A stretch of 42,161 bases of DNA from a virus. Its lineage: Duplodnaviria > Caudoviricetes. The stretch is taken from positions 1 through 42,161 of the IMG/VR virus record IMGVR_UViG_3300031965_000066. One strand, 5' to 3'. The translations under genes and the position numbers were made by a program. Positions 1 to 8,042 of this stretch are shown piece after piece (within the stretch, counting starts at the first letter, position 1; each line of letters begins with the position of its first letter). The notes under the pieces were generated by a model. It ran no database searches. It was not told where the DNA came from and saw only the letters and a list, made by a program, of their open reading frames with translations.

Positions 1-193
1 AAAAGGATGTGTTTGCAGAGATTAAGTTAATCTGAGAACTTGTGATTCAAGAACAATGTGTACCCCAAAAAAAATAACTGGGTCAAAGATATCTCTCTTA
101 ATCGGCGAATCTTCGACTAATTCCAAAAAATCTTTCTCACTTAAAATAACAACTGTCGGTTTTCTGCCTTTCATTTTTTCCTCTACCAAAACC
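1..193 (+). repeat. Terminal direct repeat copy 1 (circular overlap)
   Basis: Matches 41968-42161 apart from A8 versus A9 in the run after TACCCC. Confidence 0.95.
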
Positions 194-216
194 TTACTTA
201 ACTCATTTACAAGCAT
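22..216 (-). CDS. Hypothetical protein (64 aa)
   Basis: ATG at 216 with AGGAGG RBS; last gene of the - arm; stop shares TTAA with the last + arm gene across the circle junction. Confidence 0.7.
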   Translation of the reverse strand: MLVNELSKVLVEEKMKGRKPTVVILSEKDFLELVEDSPIKRDIFDPVIFFGVHIVLESQVLRLT

Positions 217-463
217 TTTCGCCCTCCTTTCCCCAGAAAAAAACATATTTATTTCCGTCTTGATCTATTAATATTTTATCCGAAGTATTTTTCGCCAACT
301 CACACATTTCCTGCGTTCCTTTAATAATATCTTTTGCACAACAATCAAAATACCAAGTTTGATTAATGACGCCCTGATCTGCGGGTGTAACACCCATTTT
401 TCCTATGCACCCAGGTAGCCCAACCAGGATTACGACAAGCGCACTTTTTAATTTTAATCCCAT
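203..463 (-). CDS. Small lipoprotein (exclusion- or o-spanin-like candidate)
   Basis: MGLKLKSALVVILVGLPGC: basic N-terminus, hydrophobic stretch and lipobox-like Cys. Confidence 0.65.
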   Translation of the reverse strand: MGLKLKSALVVILVGLPGCIGKMGVTPADQGVINQTWYFDCCAKDIIKGTQEMCELAKNTSDKILIDQDGNKYVFFWGKEGENACK

Positions 464-762
464 AGGAATGACGTTTTTTTCTTTTGGTTTGTAATCCACC
501 GAAATAAGTCGTACTCGTAAACGCCGCCGAGCCTTTCCTCTTTTCCACTCTCCCGGTTGTGTCTAACGACCATTGGACAAGTTTGTCCAGACAGCCACTC
601 GCTGAATTGTTCGATGCGGTCGCCGAGGCCGAATTCAACAAGAATGATCTTGACCTGATTAGCAGAAAGTCCTTCATGGTAATCAAAGCTTGCTTGAAAA
701 ATTTTAGCGTCCGCTTTAAGCTTCCTGTTGCGATTCCGCAATCCACCAACACGTCTTGCCAT
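454..762 (-). CDS. Phage hypothetical protein
   Basis: AGGAG RBS; F-x-x-W-x-x-GQT...Y-x-x-D...WD pattern seen in small phage proteins. Confidence 0.7.
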   Translation of the reverse strand: MARRVGGLRNRNRKLKADAKIFQASFDYHEGLSANQVKIILVEFGLGDRIEQFSEWLSGQTCPMVVRHNRESGKEERLGGVYEYDLFRWITNQKKKTSFLWD

Positions 763-876
763 AGCACTCTCCTATAAATATAATTATAATCCTTAAGTGC
801 AGGATTACTACCGGATATATGAACTAAATCTTCCTGCACTTGGTTGATCCTCTTTCGCAGTTGTTTATCTGAGTAT

Positions 877-1128
877 TTACGACGCTTGTTGCTCATTCGG
901 ATTTTCCTCAGGAGAAGGTTCTTGTTGGGGCGGTCGCGTGAGGTCAAGATATTTTTTAAGAACAGTATCAAACGCAACTACAATGCTTTCCAGTAACGCC
1001 CCCTGTACATTAACACCCCGCGCAAGTTCGCGTATATCCTTTGTGAGAGAATCCAAACGCTGATTTTCTGTCAATGCTACTTCTTTTTTCTCCTCGAAAA
1101 CACGTCCTTCAACTGGTAAATCTGCCAT
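877..1128 (-). CDS. Hypothetical coiled-coil protein
   Basis: AGGAG RBS, heptad-like segment. Confidence 0.7.
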   Translation of the reverse strand: MADLPVEGRVFEEKKEVALTENQRLDSLTKDIRELARGVNVQGALLESIVVAFDTVLKKYLDLTRPPQQEPSPEENPNEQQAS

Positions 1129-1196
1129 TTTAGTTCTCCTTTATATGCTTAAGTATTTTTTGTACTAACCTCACAGCACCGTCTCTGTATTTATTT

Positions 1197-1568
1197 TCAT
1201 TTCTTCCTCTTAACAAAATCCCTGATTCGTTTTGCCTGTTGGCGAGCGGTGTATTGATGAGTCCAAACAAATAGAGCGCATTCTTCGTCGTTCTTAAAAC
1301 CGAAAAATTTTCTAATTGACTCAGTAGTGCTGAATCCCTCGCGCAACCTCGGATAATAATAATAATAACCGGTTTGCCCTTTTTTAAATATCCATTCCTT
1401 TGGAAAAACGAGTGGGCATTCCCCGATGGCGCATCCTGCCGTTCCGCAACCTTTTTTATCATATGGTCCTTCATTCCAGTGTCTCATATCAAATATTCTA
1501 TGCCCTAATTTCCCCGATTCCAAATGTTGGGCCAGTTTTAAGAGTCTATCTTTGTGAAGTTTTTTCAT
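1197..1568 (-). CDS. CGTAGCAIG-motif protein, paralog A
   Basis: GGAG RBS; clear paralog of 17609..17974. Confidence 0.85.
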   Translation of the reverse strand: MKKLHKDRLLKLAQHLESGKLGHRIFDMRHWNEGPYDKKGCGTAGCAIGECPLVFPKEWIFKKGQTGYYYYYPRLREGFSTTESIRKFFGFKNDEECALFVWTHQYTARQQAKRIRDFVKRKK

Positions 1569-1735
1569 GGTCTCCCCAATTTAATGCGCCGAGCAGTTAC
1601 CGTTCCGATATGTTCAAAATTCCTGTAAAGTCTAACAATTAACATCGTTTTTTTCCTTTCGTATATCGCCCTTGGAATTAATTTCAACCATTTCCCCATC
1701 CAAAATAACGGTCAACCATTCAGGACACTTATCTA

Positions 1736-2293
1736 TCATTTCCAATTTCGACCAAAATACGCTGACGGAAACATATACACTTTATCTGCATCGCGATGCG
1801 CCCCGAAATAAAAAAACCAAAGTTTGCCGTCGGCGAACCCACTTGGCGTTGGATTCCCATACTTTGGTACATTTGTAGCACGATTATACCAATGAAATGC
1901 AACCAAAAAAGGCCATTGAATTTGAAACGACCATCTTGCATACTTTTGAACACGGGATAAATAACCAGGTGTCATTTCACTGATTGAATCTGATAAATCA
2001 CGCCACGCGTAAATTTCGTCTAGAAAACTAAAAACTCGAACGTTCCAATCACAATCCCAAGAAGAATCGCGTTCCCATCCTTCTGTCTCAACCCGAAAAA
2101 CACCTTGTTTACTACGAAGCGCAAAAAGCGTTTTAGGGAACTCCCGCCATCGCGCCCATTGTTGTTTCGCACGTGGTCCATAAGCCATCCACCCTTTCAA
2201 ATGTAAAAGCCATCGCGTCCATTTGGTGTCATGATCGGTTCCTGCCCATTTTTCGGGGGTGTTTAAATGATCGGGTAACGCAGACCAAGGCAT
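1736..2293 (-). CDS. Trp-rich hypothetical protein
   Basis: GAGG RBS; 16 Trp in 185 aa. Confidence 0.75.
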   Translation of the reverse strand: MPWSALPDHLNTPEKWAGTDHDTKWTRWLLHLKGWMAYGPRAKQQWARWREFPKTLFALRSKQGVFRVETEGWERDSSWDCDWNVRVFSFLDEIYAWRDLSDSISEMTPGYLSRVQKYARWSFQIQWPFLVAFHWYNRATNVPKYGNPTPSGFADGKLWFFYFGAHRDADKVYMFPSAYFGRNWK

Positions 2294-2294
2294 C

Positions 2295-2438
2295 TTATTT
2301 TACCTCATAAACAGTTTCGATTTGAACCGGATAACCAATCACTTCTACAACTTTCTTTTCAGCCTCTCCTTCGTTTTTTGCTTTTACAACGGCTTCGAAA
2401 TGCGTTGTCGTAGTATACTGCACACTATATTTCTTCAT
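2295..2438 (-). CDS. Small protein, DpnD/PcfM-like pattern (47 aa)
   Basis: Hand-translated MKKYSVQYTTTTHFEAVVKAKNEGEAEKKV...; GGAG RBS; fills the gap between neighbours. Confidence 0.6.
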   Translation of the reverse strand: MKKYSVQYTTTTHFEAVVKAKNEGEAEKKVVEVIGYPVQIETVYEVK

Positions 2439-2682
2439 TTTCTCTCCATCCTTTAAAAATTAAATAAACAGAATTTTTGGTATGAATAAACATCTTTTTA
2501 TCCCCGACATATTCAACGGATGTTACTTGAGTCGTGCGCCATTCACCCGGTTCCATTGCGAATTTAATCTTGAGCTTAATACCAGGGCGAATCCGATCAA
2601 CTGTTCCTTCAAGAAATTGCGTATCAATCGGATGGGCGTTGTAAGGTTCTGATCGTGTAATGCGTTTCACTTGAATTTTCAT
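2425..2682 (-). CDS. Small beta-barrel-like hypothetical protein
   Basis: AGGAGG RBS; W-R-T-T-x-V...HTKNSVY pattern. Confidence 0.75.
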   Translation of the reverse strand: MKIQVKRITRSEPYNAHPIDTQFLEGTVDRIRPGIKLKIKFAMEPGEWRTTQVTSVEYVGDKKMFIHTKNSVYLIFKGWRENEEI

Positions 2683-2721
2683 TCCCGGCCTCCTTTCTTT
2701 TATATAGATTTAGCCATGAGA

Positions 2722-3096
2722 CTAAATCCGGCTTTCCTCTTCTCCGGGGATGCGAGAGAGGGATTGCACAAGATAGCACGATTCAGCATGGCCAACGTAA
2801 TCGCGTTGATTACAACAGGAGAATATTCCAAATTCTGCCCCTTCGATTTCACAGGAATGATTTTTTGCTTTTTCTAATGCCTCCCTGTATACCATCGCCA
2901 GTTTCCTCAGCTCGTCGCGCTCCTTGACCAATGCGTCGTGGGAGTTGACGGCACGGACAATGAAGGCAGCATTCGCTTCCGCCGTTTCCTCATCTGGAGA
3001 GCCTGGGCCACTATAACAGTCAGCAATTTCAAAATCATCCCGGTCTGCCAAGGTTTGTATTCTCGTTCTGTCTGGTGTTATCTGCCACGGTCTCAA
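2722..3096 (-). CDS. Phage hypothetical protein with ANAAFIVRAVN motif and C-terminal Cys/His cluster
   Basis: PW...IAD...EANAAFIVRAVNSHDALV is a recurrent early-phage protein pattern. Confidence 0.75.
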   Translation of the reverse strand: MRPWQITPDRTRIQTLADRDDFEIADCYSGPGSPDEETAEANAAFIVRAVNSHDALVKERDELRKLAMVYREALEKAKNHSCEIEGAEFGIFSCCNQRDYVGHAESCYLVQSLSRIPGEEESRI

Positions 3097-3551
3097 TGTG
3101 CTAAAGTCTTTCTTAGTTTCCGTGCGCTTTTCCTCCCGTTTTTTAGCTTCCTTTTCAACCGCTCAATTTCTTTTCCCATCTTCACTAATTCCCGCTCCGT
3201 TTCGTCTCGGTCTTTTTCTCCGAGTTGTTGATGCAAAATAATATTCTCTTTTAATAAACGCTCTATATCGCCAAACAATTCGTTGGTATCTCTTCTCGGT
3301 TCTTTAAGGCGACACACGGGACAATTTTCCGGGTAATACAAATGGTCGCATCCTGATTTTGGGTTGGGCAAACGAATCGCTGTGTTTCCACCGCAATGAT
3401 TACAAAACTTACTCATAACCGTCCGACGGCACCCTTCAAGAAAACCCTCCGCGCGGGCTACTGATACCCAATCATGGTCGGGGTCATAGAAAGCCTTATG
3501 CAAAATCTTTTTCGCTTTCTCAATAGTCATTGGTTCTCTTTCAGTTGTCAT
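3093..3551 (-). CDS. Cys-rich (Zn-finger-like) and coiled-coil hypothetical protein
   Basis: CNHC...CDH...CPVC followed by a charged helix. Confidence 0.7.
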   Translation of the reverse strand: MTTEREPMTIEKAKKILHKAFYDPDHDWVSVARAEGFLEGCRRTVMSKFCNHCGGNTAIRLPNPKSGCDHLYYPENCPVCRLKEPRRDTNELFGDIERLLKENIILHQQLGEKDRDETERELVKMGKEIERLKRKLKNGRKSARKLRKTLAH

Positions 3552-3805
3552 AATCCGCACTCCGCCAATCCAGGAACGTTAAGACAGGCTCCAATAAAGC
3601 CCAATCATCCATTTCCAACTCGTTGCACCCGCGCATGTCTTCAATCCCGTTCATAAACCATTTTTCTGTTTAGCCTAAAACCTGTCAAATTTTTCTTTTA
3701 TTTGGCGAACATCCATGCGAACCCACCGGCGCAACCACACGCCAATAAAGGTACCAGCGTCGTTTATACCGTCCCAATCAACACGATTATCAGACCAATC
3801 GTGCA

Positions 3806-3967
3806 TTATGGTTTCTCTTGCATGGGGCGTTTTAGTGCTTCTTGCATCTTGGTTGACAATTTAAGACGTTCCGCACGCGCTTCCGCTGCTATTAAAAGAA
3901 GTTGTTCTTGAACTCTCGCGATACGATCTAGGACAATAAAAAATCGTTCAAACTCTTGACTATTCAT
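3806..3967 (-). CDS. Small helical hypothetical protein (53 aa)
   Basis: Hand-translated MNSQEFERFFIVLDRIARVQEQLLL...; start overlaps the end of the M23 gene. Confidence 0.55.
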   Translation of the reverse strand: MNSQEFERFFIVLDRIARVQEQLLLIAAEARAERLKLSTKMQEALKRPMQEKP

Positions 3968-4379
3968 AAAATTCTACCTCCACTCCTTTTTCGCCTTCCG
4001 GGCGAACTTCAAAGTGTAAGTGCGGTCCACTGGATTTACCGGTATTCCCTGACAAACCAACACGTGTTCCAGCAGTAAGAACGTCACCTTTCTTAACCGC
4101 CAGTTCAGATAAGTGCGCGTAAAAGATTGAGACATTTTTTCCATCAATCGTTGCCGTTTGCCAAACTCTAAGACCAAATCCCATTTTTTCGTCGTCTTCA
4201 TTTTGCCATCCCGCTTTAAAGATTCTTCCATTATATGCCGCAACCACTGGCGTACCAACCGGTGTCGCGAAGTCCGTCCCATAATGTTTAACTCCCTCTA
4301 TTTTTGTAACTGGATCAATTCGCGTTCCGTAAGGACTTGAGATTTTAATCTCCGCCGCAACTGGTCTATAAACTTTCAT
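3960..4379 (-). CDS. M23 family metalloendopeptidase (endolysin candidate)
   Basis: HYGTDF (HxxxD), YAHL, GNTG-S-GPHLHFEVR (HxH) motifs; GGAGG RBS. Confidence 0.92.
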   Translation of the reverse strand: MKVYRPVAAEIKISSPYGTRIDPVTKIEGVKHYGTDFATPVGTPVVAAYNGRIFKAGWQNEDDEKMGFGLRVWQTATIDGKNVSIFYAHLSELAVKKGDVLTAGTRVGLSGNTGKSSGPHLHFEVRPEGEKGVEVEFYE

Positions 4380-4494
4380 CGGGTTTCACCTCCCGTATAA
4401 CTTGCCCAGTTTTTATATTCATAATATACCACTTGCCCGTTTCCGGGTCAACACACGGGATTTCCTCTGAATCACCTTGGTTTATTTTATCCAT
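4366..4494 (-). CDS. Small hypothetical protein (42 aa)
   Basis: Hand-translated MDKINQGDSEEIPCVDPETGKWYIMNIKTGQVIREVKPDESL; AGGAG RBS. Confidence 0.55.
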   Translation of the reverse strand: MDKINQGDSEEIPCVDPETGKWYIMNIKTGQVIREVKPDESL

Positions 4495-4717
4495 TTTTAA
4501 TCTCCTTTGGTAATACTCCACTTAACCGGTATATTTTCTTTCCAAGTTTATATAGTTTAAGTCCACCATTCACGATATATTGAAACTTAAACTTTAACAT
4601 TTTTTCCCCGCGCACATTAATATATAAACTAGGATGAGCAATCCAACTATAATGCGAGCCTTTTTCAATTTCACCCCGCATCGCGCGTCGAATCGCTTTT
4701 ACTTTTTTTTGATTCAT
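4487..4717 (-). CDS. Basic hypothetical protein
   Basis: TAATG-type coupling with the upstream gene. Confidence 0.65.
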   Translation of the reverse strand: MNQKKVKAIRRAMRGEIEKGSHYSWIAHPSLYINVRGEKMLKFKFQYIVNGGLKLYKLGKKIYRLSGVLPKEIKNG

Positions 4718-4941
4718 TATTTTACCTTAAGCTCAAGTTTTTCTTCTTTAGGGATATCGAATTGAGCTAAAAGATGTTTGGCGTAGTTTAAAACTCCCCG
4801 TTGCTGTTCCATTTGTTGCTGAAACTGTAAGATTGCTTGTTGAGCATAATTTATGGCCTTCTGCGATTCTTCAATTTGTTTCTTTAAGATTTCTTGAGAG
4901 AGTTTTTTTAATTCCGTGTCAGTTTTCTTTTCTTCAGTCAT
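4717..4941 (-). CDS. Coiled-coil hypothetical protein
   Basis: AGGAG RBS; Gln/Glu-rich helix. Confidence 0.7.
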   Translation of the reverse strand: MTEEKKTDTELKKLSQEILKKQIEESQKAINYAQQAILQFQQQMEQQRGVLNYAKHLLAQFDIPKEEKLELKVK

Positions 4942-4956
4942 ATTAGGCTCCTAGTT

Positions 4957-5778
4957 TTAATAGCATTTACAATGTATACCAAGTACGCAAAGAAACTCAT
5001 TCCAATATTCATTTCCATAGCGCGGTAACCCTTTTTCGAGGTTATTGTATTTATTTCGCACTCGCGTCATAAATTCTACAATTTGTCCAGATTGAACACT
5101 AAAACCAAGCCCCGTAAAAACATTCGCGGGTACAGGCGTTAGAATTCGCGAGTTTATCCCGATAATTTCACCAGTCATATTGAATAATGGTCCGCCGCTA
5201 TTTCCTGGATTCATGAAAGCATCCGATTGCGTCATATTATAGACGCCTAAGTTATCCCGATTAAGTGCGCTGATAATTCCATGACTCACGCTAAATTCGA
5301 GTCCCAAAGGTGAACCAACCGCGAGAACTTCTTGACCAACCCGTAGTTTTCGCGGATCAGCAATTCGTGCATACGGCGTCGGTAACTCAAAATTAGCTTG
5401 GAGAAGAGCTAAGTCAATATTTTCTTCTTGGTACAAAACTTCACCGGCGGTACACATCCCACTATTATCACACAGAGTAATTCCTGTAATCGTATCCAAC
5501 CAAAATAAATGATCGCACGTCAATACATGATTATTTGGACTTACAAAAACACCCGCGCCTTGCACTTTAACTGGAATGGTTGCTTCTTTCACTTCAAACC
5601 GATCTTTTTCAATATAAAAAATTAAAGTCTTAGCGGTGCCAACTACATGAATATCTAGCGTTTTTGGCCCCACCTTATCAGATAACTGTACCCATTTTTC
5701 TGACACGGCACATCCGGTTTGAATTAATGCGAATATGTATACCGCGAGTATACAAAACAATCGTTTTTTAAAACCCAT
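4957..5778 (-). CDS. Exported trypsin-like (S1, HtrA-type without PDZ) serine protease, probable lipoprotein
   Basis: Catalytic triad LTCDH / DLALL / NPGNSGGPL; signal peptide MGFKKRLFCILAVYIFALIQTGC. Confidence 0.9.
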   Translation of the reverse strand: MGFKKRLFCILAVYIFALIQTGCAVSEKWVQLSDKVGPKTLDIHVVGTAKTLIFYIEKDRFEVKEATIPVKVQGAGVFVSPNNHVLTCDHLFWLDTITGITLCDNSGMCTAGEVLYQEENIDLALLQANFELPTPYARIADPRKLRVGQEVLAVGSPLGLEFSVSHGIISALNRDNLGVYNMTQSDAFMNPGNSGGPLFNMTGEIIGINSRILTPVPANVFTGLGFSVQSGQIVEFMTRVRNKYNNLEKGLPRYGNEYWNEFLCVLGIHCKCY

Positions 5779-6010
5779 AATTATGTCCTCCTCGACATTC
5801 TATCCCATTCGCAGGTTTTCCATGAGCCAACCAATGTAGCATTTCCGTACAAACCACAATACCTACTTGCAATCTTTTACGGTGGTCGAAATTAAACCAC
5901 GACGTATTTTTATATTGGTGAATATACCCGTTGCGGATACCAATCAGATCATATAATGTTAAAACTTGATCGGCTTCAAAAACCGGTCGCGGATCAGGTG
6001 GATTTTCCAT
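5768..6010 (-). CDS. Hypothetical protein
   Basis: GAGGAG RBS; TAATG overlap with the exonuclease stop. Confidence 0.65.
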   Translation of the reverse strand: MENPPDPRPVFEADQVLTLYDLIGIRNGYIHQYKNTSWFNFDHRKRLQVGIVVCTEMLHWLAHGKPANGIECRGGHNYGF

Positions 6011-6810
6011 TAGTCTCGTCCTCCTCTATAGTCGCGCAATGTATTGCGGCGTTTTTCTGCCGACAGAAGATTACTTGGGCTACGCGGCCACTTTCCACAT
6101 GTCCGACATAAGTAGATTTGATATTTTCCAGCAGGTGTATAGGCAAAGCCTTTTTTACAAAGGTTAGCACTACCACATCGGCATCGCATTTTTGAATCAT
6201 CATGAAAGGACGACAAAGCCTGTGTAGCAATCCAACCTTGCAATGTGGTGTAAACTTCCTCTGTAGACAACACGTCATATTTGGTATAAATCTCCATTTC
6301 CTTCCACGCCTTTTGGTCCCCTTTAAGAACTGCTTTCCATAATTCAAACCCCGGATATTTTTTATGCTTGAGTTTTTTATATTTCCGATTTAATTTGTCT
6401 GTAACATATTCTAGTTTATGCGACGTAAAACTAAATACTTTCCGCCCTTCCTTTAAAATATCGGTACTCGCACAAGGTTTAATTGGCGGAAGACCGTGTA
6501 TAACAGCACGCGCGTTGATCTTTTTTAAGTCGAATTTTTCTCCGTTTTGCGTTACGACAATATCAGCTTGATTTAATAATCGCGCCAAACCCTGAATAAG
6601 TTGCCTATCATCCTGAATATTCTTGGCATAGCGATTATCGTCATACATGATTTTAGAAGCAGGATCATCGTACCATTTTGCAGCCCACGCCAATAAATGC
6701 CAATCTGCTTTAATTTGATTAAGCCCAATATCTTGTTTGAAAAGCCCCCAAGTATAAGCCGTAATTGGAGCCGTTTCTATGTCTAAAGTTAAAATCTTAA
6801 GCGTTAACAT
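6010..6810 (-). CDS. RNase H-fold (DEDD) 3'-5' exonuclease with C-terminal Zn ribbon
   Basis: ExoI LDIET, ExoII NGEKFD, ExoIII YTKYDV; CRC...CRTC. Confidence 0.88.
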   Translation of the reverse strand: MLTLKILTLDIETAPITAYTWGLFKQDIGLNQIKADWHLLAWAAKWYDDPASKIMYDDNRYAKNIQDDRQLIQGLARLLNQADIVVTQNGEKFDLKKINARAVIHGLPPIKPCASTDILKEGRKVFSFTSHKLEYVTDKLNRKYKKLKHKKYPGFELWKAVLKGDQKAWKEMEIYTKYDVLSTEEVYTTLQGWIATQALSSFHDDSKMRCRCGSANLCKKGFAYTPAGKYQIYLCRTCGKWPRSPSNLLSAEKRRNTLRDYRGGRD

Positions 6811-6979
6811 TTATGTCCTCCTCGTCATCAATGAAATCTAAATGGCCAGCGAATGAATAACCCGCCGCTTTTAAGAACCCTTCAAACTGTTGGACAATAT
6901 CGCTAAGATTAGATTCCGATGACATTTCTACTAAAACTTTTGGGTAATTCTCGTCAAATTGATATTCAAAACGTAACAT
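6797..6979 (-). CDS. Small acidic hypothetical protein
   Basis: L-x-D...F-x-x-FL-x-x-x-GY pattern; coupled to neighbours. Confidence 0.7.
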   Translation of the reverse strand: MLRFEYQFDENYPKVLVEMSSESNLSDIVQQFEGFLKAAGYSFAGHLDFIDDEEDINVNA

Positions 6980-7164
6980 TATTTTCCCTCCTTTTCAATG
7001 TGAATAAATTGTCCGCCGTTGTTGTCTATTAAAATCGCATTATACCCGTAACGATAACAATATAATTCAAGCTCATCCCAACAACTATTTTTATTATCGC
7101 ACATCGCCAAACCAATCAAGCCTTTCGGCGTAATTTGATATGTATCTTCTTTTTTCTTTCTCAT
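6979..7164 (-). CDS. Hypothetical protein (61 aa)
   Basis: ATG 7164 after AAGGA; YQITPKG motif. Confidence 0.6.
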   Translation of the reverse strand: MRKKKEDTYQITPKGLIGLAMCDNKNSCWDELELYCYRYGYNAILIDNNGGQFIHIEKEGK

Positions 7165-7178
7165 AGTAAGTTTTCCTT

Positions 7179-7325
7179 TTAGGGTTGTGAATCTTCTATC
7201 ACATTTTCCGTATACCCGCAAAATACACAAACAAAACACTGGTATCCATGCGCGGCGACCTTAAATTCTAGGCTATGCCTTAAACCGGGCGCGACGCATT
7301 GGATTTCTGAACTTTGTTCCGCCAT
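7179..7325 (-). CDS. Small Zn-finger-like protein (48 aa)
   Basis: Hand-translated MAEQSSEIQC...H...CFVCVFCGYTE; GGAG RBS. Confidence 0.5.
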   Translation of the reverse strand: MAEQSSEIQCVAPGLRHSLEFKVAAHGYQCFVCVFCGYTENVIEDSQP

Positions 7326-7705
7326 GTTTTTCTCCGGTTTATATTTTCTGCACTTGTTTTCTTTTTGTGACAGTCTTTACAAAGGACTTGTAATTTATCG
7401 GAAGAAACGAAGCATCGCTGCCTATATTCATTCCAATCGCGATTCCATACGTTGCCAATTGGGATAACAGGTTCCATATGATCGACTTGTTTTTGAGGTC
7501 GTTCAACCACATTTTTACAATGTTTGCAGCGATAATACTCGACTCCTTCTCTTTTCTCGACAAACGCTTCTTTAAGGGTTTGACGATAGGCCGGACTCCA
7601 TCTAAATGCCTTTCTACAAAAAGCAATGAAGTAACCATCTAACGTTTTACTCCAATCCGGCTTTGGACGCACTTTTGTTCGGATTATCCGGCGTTTGCTC
7701 AACAT
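7280..7705 (-). CDS. HNH endonuclease
   Basis: CKHC...VDHMEPV...LQVLCKDCHKKKT. Confidence 0.88.
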   Translation of the reverse strand: MLSKRRIIRTKVRPKPDWSKTLDGYFIAFCRKAFRWSPAYRQTLKEAFVEKREGVEYYRCKHCKNVVERPQKQVDHMEPVIPIGNVWNRDWNEYRQRCFVSSDKLQVLCKDCHKKKTSAENINRRKTWRNKVQKSNASRPV

Positions 7706-7994
7706 TTATGATCTCCTCTGTTTTAGGTGTTTCACGTGAACTTGGTACAACTACAGCGCGAGGAGGATCAAAATCCACGGAAACAAGTTTTGGCACAACA
7801 TGAAGTTTCATTTCAACCTCGTTTATAAGAGCCGGTCCCATAAAAACTCCACGCCGACCGTCGGCTAAAGTTATGATTACATGTTGGAAGAAGACCGTAG
7901 GTTGTTCTTGAGTATCCGCAACCGCCTGTTCGACTTGTTCTGCCGTCGGTTTATGTTCTTTCGCCGGCCAATCCTGTCCTTCATATTTGCTCAT
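7647..7994 (-). CDS. Hypothetical protein
   Basis: GGAGG RBS. Confidence 0.7.
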   Translation of the reverse strand: MSKYEGQDWPAKEHKPTAEQVEQAVADTQEQPTVFFQHVIITLADGRRGVFMGPALINEVEMKLHVVPKLVSVDFDPPRAVVVPSSRETPKTEEIINVEQTPDNPNKSASKAGLE

Positions 7995-8042
7995 TAAAAT
8001 CCTCCAATATCCGTTGACGATGATTCGCGACTTAATATGTTA

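Noticed and set aside
2880-3010. Locally GC-rich patch suggesting recent transfer
   Set aside because: Short and unquantified; may reflect Ala/Arg codon content
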